From a virus: 51,088 bases of DNA. The stretch lies in the IMG/VR virus record IMGVR_UViG_3300039098_000044, positions 1 through 51,088 of that record; one strand, 5' to 3'. A program made the translations under genes and the position numbers. The notes beneath the pieces were generated by a model. It ran no database searches. It saw only the letters and a list, made by a program, of their open reading frames with translations, and had not been told where the DNA came from. The stretch's first letter is position 1; every line of letters begins with the position of its first letter. Positions 37,916 through 44,450 of this stretch are shown here, piece after piece.

Positions 37916-37943
37916 GGGAGGTCTCACTTGATCTCCCTTTTTT
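37916..37943 (+). terminator. rho-independent terminator
   Basis: GGGAGGT ctcacttg ATCTCCC followed by TTTTTT. Confidence 0.8.
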
Positions 37944-37981
37944 AAAAATAGGTCCACCCTCAGTGGACGCTAGGAGGACTA

Positions 37982-38251
37982 ATGGACATTAAGGACTTTA
38001 AGCCTACTCATAAGATTAAAAAGAAAATAGAAACCGATGGTACATTAGGTAAAGCTAAAAATGGTGAATTAATGGTATTTAAAAATAAACATGACAGATA
38101 TGAAATGTGGATTATACGTAACAACGCACCCTATTATGTAACTGAAGTACATTCTATGAACGCAGTTATAAATTTTGTACCAGCAAGATATATTATCACA
38201 GAGATATATACCTCAGTTATCAGAAGAAAACTGATGGGGAGTATCAAATAA
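37982..38251 (+). CDS. hypothetical protein; possible divergent tail-family member
   Basis: SD taggagg; C-terminus TSVIRRKLMGSIK matches only the first half of the family tail. Confidence 0.55.
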   Translation: MDIKDFKPTHKIKKKIETDGTLGKAKNGELMVFKNKHDRYEMWIIRNNAPYYVTEVHSMNAVINFVPARYIITEIYTSVIRRKLMGSIK

Positions 38252-38385
38252 AAATATTCAAAAAGGCCTTTCAAAAGGCATGATATAAGTTGAATATAAA
38301 TAATTATAACTAGATTATGCTTATTATTTAAAGAAGCATCTCAAAAAATGTAACCAACTAACTATATTTTTATGAGGGTGATGAC

Positions 38386-38796
38386 GTGAATATATTTTCA
38401 GATATAGAAAAATTACAGAACAAGCTCACCAAGAAATATATTAAAGGTGAACATAAAGATCAACTTGAATCTAAATTAGAAGAATTATCAACTAATATAA
38501 TATCAAAAACTATTAAAGCAGCAGACTCTTATGGTATGTCAGAAATAGTTAATCTATGCTATTGGCATGAAGTACCATATATTAAGGAGATTTATCATAC
38601 TAATACAGAATCTTACCTAACAGTATCAATGGATAAAAAAGCATATCACAAAGTAGAACTAGATTTTGTGAGTTGCAGATATATGACAAAGTCAGAAGAC
38701 GAGGACATTATAAACCTATGCTCTGAGCTAACAGAGCTTATCAGAAATAAAGTATTTAACATCATTAAGGAGGATGAAATAGATGCTAGAATATGA
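38386..38796 (+). CDS. hypothetical protein (GTG start)
   Basis: SD gagggtg upstream. Confidence 0.55.
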   Translation: MNIFSDIEKLQNKLTKKYIKGEHKDQLESKLEELSTNIISKTIKAADSYGMSEIVNLCYWHEVPYIKEIYHTNTESYLTVSMDKKAYHKVELDFVSCRYMTKSEDEDIINLCSELTELIRNKVFNIIKEDEIDARI

Positions 38797-39001
38797 CAGT
38801 CCTACATTAATGCACAAATTACAGCTCAGATTAAATGAGCAGTTCAATATAGAACGCAACGGCACCCCTGATAAAAACACATATATGTTTACGAGCACTG
38901 GACTAATGGTACAGCATCGTAGAAATGGTATGTGGTGGGAAGCATTCTCAACAATCATCAGAGAACTTAATGAAGGCTCTGCATGGTTGATCAAACACTA
39001 G
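38783..39001 (+). CDS. hypothetical protein
   Basis: SD aaggagg upstream. Confidence 0.6.
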   Translation: MLEYDSPTLMHKLQLRLNEQFNIERNGTPDKNTYMFTSTGLMVQHRRNGMWWEAFSTIIRELNEGSAWLIKH

Positions 39002-39010
39002 GAGGGCTTA

Positions 39011-39613
39011 ATGAAGGTTAGATGTAACACAACAATTTATGATAATATGACATTTGGTGATATTTATCAAGTATTAATTTACGACGTTAGATATACAATT
39101 AAAGCTGATGACGACATTATAGACTCATTTGCTGCATGTTGTTTCACAGAAATAAAGGAGGAACCAATGAAAGTTAAATGTATTAACAAAGGAAATAATG
39201 CTAATATAGCAATAAATTATATTTATGATGTATACCAAACATTTAAAAATCAATATAAAATATTAAATGATGTAGGATATTATTTTAATTATCCACAAGA
39301 ACTATTCGAGGTCGTATCAGACCCAATCCTCACCCCACTTCAGTACTGGGCACAGCTCAATGGACTTGAGGAGGGTGATGTATTTTCATTCGAATCAAAT
39401 ACTAGAATTACAACAAATATTATATATTCAGAAAAATGTATACAAAGTCTTGATGGAGATAATCTTAAAGAAACAATAGTAGAAATGATGTTAGGAATTG
39501 GAGTTGTAAATAAACATCCCAAAACCCGCACCATCACAATTGATGAGAAGAAAATTACTATCTCAGAGGAATCATATCAAAGCTTGAAGAAGGCTTTGGT
39601 GGAGGGGGAATAA
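39011..39613 (+). CDS. hypothetical protein with duplicated N-terminal ~50-aa domain
   Basis: MKVRCNTT..GDIYQV.. and MKVKCINK..NYIYDV.. occur in tandem. Confidence 0.6.
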   Translation: MKVRCNTTIYDNMTFGDIYQVLIYDVRYTIKADDDIIDSFAACCFTEIKEEPMKVKCINKGNNANIAINYIYDVYQTFKNQYKILNDVGYYFNYPQELFEVVSDPILTPLQYWAQLNGLEEGDVFSFESNTRITTNIIYSEKCIQSLDGDNLKETIVEMMLGIGVVNKHPKTRTITIDEKKITISEESYQSLKKALVEGE

Positions 39614-39778
39614 ATGTTCATAAACATACAAACATATATCGATGAGAATGGACGAACATTCTTAAGCGTTAAAAATCTAGAGAGCGGCGAAGTAATCAAC
39701 AAGCTCGCAGATGATCAGATTAATGAAGCAAAGCAAATCAATCAAGCAAGGAACCTCATGAAACAATCATTGAGCTAG
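39614..39778 (+). CDS. 54-aa ORF (below the track cutoff)
   Basis: TAAATG junction after ggaggggg; MFINIQTYIDENGRTFLSVKNLESGEV... Confidence 0.5.
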   Translation: MFINIQTYIDENGRTFLSVKNLESGEVINKLADDQINEAKQINQARNLMKQSLS

Positions 39779-39787
39779 GAGGTAGCT

Positions 39788-39871
39788 ATGGCTATGATGG
39801 CAGTATTTTTAATAGGCATCTCAATAGGTATCATATTAACATTAATATATATCTCAACACTGTACATATAA
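39788..39871 (+). CDS. 27-aa single-TM micropeptide
   Basis: taggaggtagct SD; MAMMAVFLIGISIGIILTLIYISTLYI. Confidence 0.5.
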   Translation: MAMMAVFLIGISIGIILTLIYISTLYI

Positions 39872-39891
39872 TATAGAAGGAGGTGTGAGAA

Positions 39892-39993
39892 ATGGTAGTA
39901 TTAACATTAATGATATTAGTAGCATTACCACACGTTCCATATTATGTTACAGCTATTAAACAAATAGGATTAAAAAACTTATTAGATTTATAA
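39892..39993 (+). CDS. 33-aa hydrophobic micropeptide
   Basis: gaaggaggtgtgagaa SD; MVVLTLMILVALPHVPYYVTAIKQIGLKNLLDL. Confidence 0.5.
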   Translation: MVVLTLMILVALPHVPYYVTAIKQIGLKNLLDL

Positions 39994-40010
39994 TACTAGG
40001 AGGTATTAGA

Positions 40011-40295
40011 ATGAACATCACCGATAGAATGATAGTTACATTAAAATCTCATGGAACAAAATCTTCAATTGTTTTACCAAGAGAAGAGGCACAAGAATTA
40101 ATTTCAGTATTTGATGAAATGATAGAACTTGCTGGCCCAGAAAACGATGTTGAAATAACTAGTAAATATTTAACTAACAAAGAATATTTAGTATTAGTAA
40201 ACTTCAATTTAGTTGAAACTGGTATTATTGGTGCATTAGCTGTAGAAAATGCAAAAAGAGCATTAGCCCTTACTAAGGTACATTACAATGTCTAG
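40011..40295 (+). CDS. hypothetical protein
   Basis: SD taggagg upstream. Confidence 0.6.
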   Translation: MNITDRMIVTLKSHGTKSSIVLPREEAQELISVFDEMIELAGPENDVEITSKYLTNKEYLVLVNFNLVETGIIGALAVENAKRALALTKVHYNV

Positions 40296-41073
40296 TCTGT
40301 CAGTAGTAGTCCCTAATAAGGCCTGCGTAAATGACTGCAAGTTCTGCATAGCTAAAATGAACGCAGCAATCAAGTTAGAAGAGTACCCTGATCTTCTTGA
40401 GCAGGAAACATTAGCTTACTCAAAAAGAATGCAGTATGCCCGCGATATGGGCACTGATACATTAGTATTCACAGGCAACACAGAACCCCAAATAAATATG
40501 CATTTCATATTACGAGTTATGCAAATTAACGAGACAATCAGAACACCATTTGTTAAAGTTGAAATCAAGACAACTGGTGTAATGTTAAATAAAGAAAAAC
40601 TAGCGATATTAAAGGATATCGGAATCGATACAATCTCATTGAGCCTCAGTGGGCTCACGTATGAAACTAACTTCAACTATAATGGGACCCCGGAGTCTAT
40701 TAGATTTAATATAATAGAGTTCGCAAAAAACGTAAAGGATATTAATCTAAATCTTAGATTATGTCTAAACTTAACAGACTTCTATGACGCTTGGGATTAT
40801 TATGACATTATTCATTTCTGTCAATATGTAATGTTAGCAGATCAAATAACATTCCAAGAACTATATGAGTCAGCAGAAAATACTATCCAAGATATGTGGA
40901 TTGCATCTCACAAGGTAAGTGAAACTAAACTAGAAGAAATTAAAAATGCACTTAATACAGAAGAGAACCAAAACATTCATATTAACAATCACTGTCAAGG
41001 TGAGAAACCAATCTTACAGCCTAACTGTAAGCTATACAGTCTTTGGGATAAGAAAAGTAGTCTAATTTATTAG
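40288..41073 (+). CDS. radical SAM domain protein
   Basis: N-terminal CVNDCKFC (CxxxCxxC) cluster motif and TLVFTGNTEP (GGEP-like); 261 aa. Confidence 0.6.
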   Translation: MSSLSVVVPNKACVNDCKFCIAKMNAAIKLEEYPDLLEQETLAYSKRMQYARDMGTDTLVFTGNTEPQINMHFILRVMQINETIRTPFVKVEIKTTGVMLNKEKLAILKDIGIDTISLSLSGLTYETNFNYNGTPESIRFNIIEFAKNVKDINLNLRLCLNLTDFYDAWDYYDIIHFCQYVMLADQITFQELYESAENTIQDMWIASHKVSETKLEEIKNALNTEENQNIHINNHCQGEKPILQPNCKLYSLWDKKSSLIY

Positions 41074-41083
41074 AGGTGAGGGT

Positions 41084-41353
41084 ATGTTTAAAATTGGAGA
41101 TATGGTATATATAAATAAAAAACTTGCAAAAGATGAATCATACAAATATTATTCAAATATACGAAGAAGAATAGTAAAATATGGAGTTGGCCCATTTAAA
41201 ATAAAAAAAATAGAAGATGGTGAATTTAAATATTATTTAGATTTAAAAGAAGATATTCTTAATGAATTTTCAGAAAAAGAAATAATATTAGTAAAACCCC
41301 CAACATTAATATTAACAAAACTTAAAAAAGCATCTCAAAACAATAACAAATAA
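41084..41353 (+). CDS. small SH3/KOW-like protein, tail family member 4
   Basis: MFKIGDMVYINKK N-terminus; C-terminus PTLILTKLKKASQNNNK. Confidence 0.75.
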   Translation: MFKIGDMVYINKKLAKDESYKYYSNIRRRIVKYGVGPFKIKKIEDGEFKYYLDLKEDILNEFSEKEIILVKPPTLILTKLKKASQNNNK

Positions 41354-41813
41354 GCATCTCACAGAGGTGCTTCATTACATAACCCTTGAGCCCTGGGTAG
41401 AGTCAAAAGGGCTCGACCTCCTTTTACATATCCAGTCGGAAGCGGTTATCTCTATAATGTCCGACATTAAAATAAAACCCGCATTACATATCATAGACCT
41501 CATTCCAACGGACGTGTGGAATCTTGGAAAGAAATAATCTTGGTGAGAGTGCACTCAAATAAGCCAAGTGACGAGACGATGTTATAATGACATATATTAA
41601 CCTAGGAAAATAATATATGCAGAAATGCATCTCATGAGGTGGCGCTTATCCAGTAAAGTCTATGAATATTACATAGTAAAATATGTCAAGTCCGTGATGG
41701 TCGGCATACAATAACATCTGGGCTTACAGGGAGTCCAACGTTATGAACAAGAGGCTTTCTAGAAACCTCATCCCTATAATACATACGATCATATATGAGT
41801 ACGCAACAAGTAA
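41354..41813 (+). ncRNA. structured non-coding region upstream of the tRNA array (candidate large ncRNA or pre-tRNA leader)
   Basis: 460 nt with no credible ORF; hairpins 41352-41372 (9 bp), TTGAGCCC/GGGCTCGA, GTCGGA/TCCGAC, ATTCCA/TGGAAT, CTTGG/CCAAG; recurring CATTACATA motif. Confidence 0.35.
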
Positions 41814-41914
41814 AAGTACTGAAGAATACTAGTCAGTAGGTATTAGTAACTAGGGATGTTGCAACCCAGGGTTGATCACTGGGTTCGTGGGTTCGAGTCC
41901 CACCGTACTTTCCA
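41814..41914 (+). ncRNA. 101-nt tRNA-like element with four internal arms, canonical T-arm and encoded CCA; anticodon undetermined
   Basis: Acceptor AAGTACT/CGTACTT (one mismatch); arms AATAC..GTATT, GTAAC tagggat GTTGC, CCCAG..CTGGG; T-arm GTGGG TTCGAGT CCCAC; the putative anticodon loop lacks U33. Confidence 0.4.
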
Positions 41915-41925
41915 ATATTACATAC

Positions 41926-42001
41926 TGGCCCCTAGCTCAGTTGGCAGAGCGTTGGAGTGAAATCCCAAAGGTCCGGAGTTCAACTCTCCGGGGGCCAACC
42001 A
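41926..42001 (+). tRNA. tRNA-Phe (GAA), CCA encoded
   Basis: Hand fold: TGGCCCC/GGGGCCA acceptor, GCTC agttggca GAGC D-arm, anticodon loop GTGAAAT, CGGAG ttcaact CTCCG T-arm; A-C mismatch at 31-39. Confidence 0.8.
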
Positions 42002-42004
42002 CAT

Positions 42005-42078
42005 ATCGGTGTAGCTTAATGGAAAAGCAGTGGTCTCCAAAACCACCCACCTAGGTTCGATCCCTAGTACCGGTGCCA
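42005..42078 (+). tRNA. tRNA-Trp (CCA), CCA end encoded
   Basis: Hand fold: ATCGGTG/TACCGGT acceptor, GCTT aatggaa AAGC, GTGGT ctccaaa ACCAC, CTAGG ttcgatc CCTAG; 74 nt. Confidence 0.85.
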
Positions 42079-42187
42079 TAACGCCTTGGGTGGAGGTGTA
42101 TAAATATCTACCCACCAATGAGTCGGGATTTTTTCCATGTTTTCCGTGCGACTTGCAAAAACACGTAAACAAAAATATGGACGTCGT

Positions 42188-42248
42188 GGTGAGATAACTC
42201 AGCGGTTAGAGTTCATATGAGTCGGTGGTTCAATTCCACCTCTCTCCA
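42188..42248 (+). ncRNA. 61-nt mini tRNA-like element (acceptor, D-arm and T-arm; no anticodon arm)
   Basis: GGTGAGA/TCTCTCC acceptor (one mismatch), ta ACTC agcggtta GAGT, then only TCATATGAGTCG before the T-arm GGTGG ttcaatt CCACC; no CCA. Confidence 0.45.
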
Positions 42249-42257
42249 ACACAACAT

Positions 42258-42319
42258 GGCGGTAATGGCAAGCAAACCCGATTAAGGGTAAGCCGTAGGT
42301 TCGAATCCTACAGCCGCCT
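42258..42319 (+). ncRNA. about 61-nt truncated tRNA-like element
   Basis: GGCGGTA/AGCCGCC acceptor (imperfect), central ACCC gattaa GGGT hairpin, T-arm GTAGG ttcgaat CCTAC; too short for a cloverleaf; no CCA. Confidence 0.35.
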
Positions 42320-42326
42320 TTAATAT

Positions 42327-42388
42327 GGTCAGATAACTCAGTTAGGATGAGTTCACGTGAGACGCTGGTTCGATTCCAGCTCTGACCA
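42327..42388 (+). ncRNA. 61-nt mini tRNA-like element, paralog of 42188..42248
   Basis: Perfect acceptor GGTCAGA/TCTGACC, ta ACTC agttaggat GAGT, then TCACGTGAGAC, T-arm GCTGG ttcgatt CCAGC; no CCA. Confidence 0.45.
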
Positions 42389-42400
42389 ACTTACATACAT

Positions 42401-42485
42401 GCCCTATTATGCTGCTAAAGAGTCAGCCCGGACTGTAAATCCGTACTTAATCGTCGAGTGGGTTCAATACCCTCATGGGGCACCA
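42401..42485 (+). tRNA. tRNA-Tyr (GTA), long variable arm, CCA encoded
   Basis: GCCCTAT/ATGGGGC acceptor; CGGACTGTAAATCCG anticodon arm as in bacterial tRNA-Tyr; 13-nt variable region; T-loop ttcaata; 85 nt. Confidence 0.75.
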
Positions 42486-42487
42486 AA

Positions 42488-42520
42488 GAGGACGATGTTG
42501 GTTCGAATCCAACAAATTTA
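42488..42520 (+). pseudogene. tRNA 3-prime-half fragment (anticodon-stem strand, T-arm, acceptor strand)
   Basis: GAGGA cgat GTTGG ttcgaat CCAAC aaattta, starting 3 nt after tRNA-Tyr. Confidence 0.45.
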
Positions 42521-42566
42521 ATTACGAAGACTATAAATAGTGCGCAATAGATATAGTTAGGGGAAT

Positions 42567-42603
42567 ATAATGATAGCTCAACGGTAGAGCATCCTCATTA
42601 CAT
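42567..42603 (+). pseudogene. tRNA 5-prime-half fragment with Val-like UAC loop
   Basis: ATAATGA ta GCTC aacggta GAGC a TCCTC attacat; no complementary 3-prime stem strand follows. Confidence 0.4.
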
Positions 42604-42818
42604 AAGCGCTATGTGGCCCTCAGCAAGGCCTAGTAATTGCTGGCAAACAATACTTTAATGGATCGTGTGAAATGTCCTTTAAAATACTCCTTATAAAATT
42701 GAGACTCGTAAGTAGTCATGGTGCCCTCGCTTCTTCGATATAACATTCGAAGGCCAGCTCACGTATTCGGTAAATCAAGTTAGGATGGTTTCGACATATT
42801 AAAGTTAACTTTGGATTT

Positions 42819-42850
42819 AAGTGTACTAGCAATACACTTTATATAATTTT
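42819..42850 (+). terminator. terminator-like hairpin closing the RNA island
   Basis: AAGTGTA ctagcaa TACACTT followed by tatataatttt. Confidence 0.45.
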
Positions 42851-42938
42851 AGAGTTTCATATTATACCTCCTTTTAATATGCAAATCGGCTCTATGGTCT
42901 TCGGCTAGAAATTGAAGACCTTACATAAGGAGATGACT

Positions 42939-43166
42939 ATGTTTAAAGTAGGAGATAAAGTCAAAAAAATAACAGGCTCAAATATAGGTAGAATAGCAAT
43001 AATAACAAGAGCATATAAAGCAAATGATGGAGACCTATATGTGCACGCACAATGGGAAAAAACATCACAAATATATTGTTACTATGCAAGAAGATTTGAA
43101 TTAGTTCATTCACCTTCACTAATCACATCAAGACTTAAGAAGGCATCTCAACATATAACACAATAA
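42939..43166 (+). CDS. small SH3/KOW-like protein, tail family member 5
   Basis: ATG 42939 preceded by aaggag; MFKVGDKVKK N-terminus; C-terminus PSLITSRLKKASQHITQ. Confidence 0.75.
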   Translation: MFKVGDKVKKITGSNIGRIAIITRAYKANDGDLYVHAQWEKTSQIYCYYARRFELVHSPSLITSRLKKASQHITQ

Positions 43167-43182
43167 GAAAGGAGTCCACTAC

Positions 43183-44448
43183 ATGAGTATTGGAATACTA
43201 GGAGCCGCCACAGAAGAAAGTGCCAACAAGGCAGTTAAACAGGTTCTCGTAGAACTTGGTTACAGGCGCAACATATTGCAAGAGCAATATAACAGGATTA
43301 ATAACGATGATCCCTACAAAAAGGTACATCCAACCCTCAAAGAGCTAGAGGGAGTTTACGACTTAGCAATAGTAAACTACCCAAGTTGGTATGAGGAATT
43401 CGTGGACATGTTATCAGTGTCTATCGATGAAACTATTCCAGAAGAATTAAAGGAACAAATCAATACTGAATTTGAATCTGGAGAAGGTACTATACTTCAG
43501 TCAAAGAAACTAATTGATTTAGAAACGCAACTCAAAGAACTGACACCAGCTATATTTGACACTGGTAAATTCGCTAATGGACAAAAGTTTTTAAAGTATT
43601 GTAAAAAAGTATTTGAAGCTATGACTCCAGAGAATAAAGCTATTACTCAGGATCAAGATTGGTATAAGTTATTTGAATCAAAGAATACTACCAACTCAGA
43701 AACAAAGGTTGTAATTACGTCATCTAAAATTTCATTCTTAGCTATGGCATCAGTATTTGACAACCCAGACTATACTTCTTGTCAGGACCTTAGCAAGCAC
43801 AAATACACAGATATTTATATCAATGGTATTGCTGGTAATCTATTAGATCAAAATAGTTTAATGTGTTACGTTACAAAAGGTAACATGAAAAAAATAAGAT
43901 CAAAAGGAAACGTTGTAACTGAAGAGCATCAAACAATGATTGTAAGATTATTTTTGAGAATGCTAAAGTCTGATGGTAAATATTATATTGTACCCGACAG
44001 ATCATATCCACATAAAACCTACACAGCCTCTATAGTAGCATTGTTAAAAGAACTATGCGAAGACATAGAGGATTTGGAAGTGGCTATGTTCGAAAGCTAC
44101 AACGAAGAACAAAGTGGTTCATCAGATGAATTAAATATTGACACTGAAGATTCATTTATAGCAGTATATGATGGAGAGGAAGTTATACTTCCACAACCAT
44201 TTATCTGGGACGATGGACTAGATGGATTCTCTGAAAGAAAATGTGGAGACAGTTCATGTCCAAATACAAACGCCAATGGATTATATAATTGCCATACATG
44301 CCCTAGAGGTGGGGCAGTTACAATGTTAGAATATCATGATAATATTACAAATATACAATCCTATCCAGAAGGTGGAACAAAAGTAAAAAGAACTAAATCA
44401 ATTAGACGAGTAAGTCCATCTTGGAATAAGAAAGATAAAGAGGTATAA
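43183..44448 (+). CDS. hypothetical 421-aa protein with C-terminal Cys cluster
   Basis: SD aaaggag; CGDSSCPNTNANGLYNCHTCPRGG near the C-terminus. Confidence 0.6.
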   Translation: MSIGILGAATEESANKAVKQVLVELGYRRNILQEQYNRINNDDPYKKVHPTLKELEGVYDLAIVNYPSWYEEFVDMLSVSIDETIPEELKEQINTEFESGEGTILQSKKLIDLETQLKELTPAIFDTGKFANGQKFLKYCKKVFEAMTPENKAITQDQDWYKLFESKNTTNSETKVVITSSKISFLAMASVFDNPDYTSCQDLSKHKYTDIYINGIAGNLLDQNSLMCYVTKGNMKKIRSKGNVVTEEHQTMIVRLFLRMLKSDGKYYIVPDRSYPHKTYTASIVALLKELCEDIEDLEVAMFESYNEEQSGSSDELNIDTEDSFIAVYDGEEVILPQPFIWDDGLDGFSERKCGDSSCPNTNANGLYNCHTCPRGGAVTMLEYHDNITNIQSYPEGGTKVKRTKSIRRVSPSWNKKDKEV

Positions 44449-44450
44449 TT

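Noticed and set aside
41872-42172. ORFs 41872..42054 (+) and 41918..42172 (-) as protein-coding genes
   Set aside because: They overlap the tRNA-Phe and tRNA-Trp cloverleaves and the preceding tRNA-like element. They have no SD. The RNA genes explain the open frames.
42080-42187. Hairpin TTGG(G)TGG...CCACCAA plus a downstream T-run as a terminator inside the tRNA array
   Set aside because: The stem is imperfect, with a bulge and only about 7 bp. The T-run lies about 12 nt away from it. This is not convincing enough to annotate.
42604-42911. A group I intron inserted in the anticodon loop of the Val-like half tRNA
   Set aside because: No 3-prime exon (anticodon-stem strand plus T-arm) follows within the downstream non-coding stretch. 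The only matching 3-prime half lies upstream.
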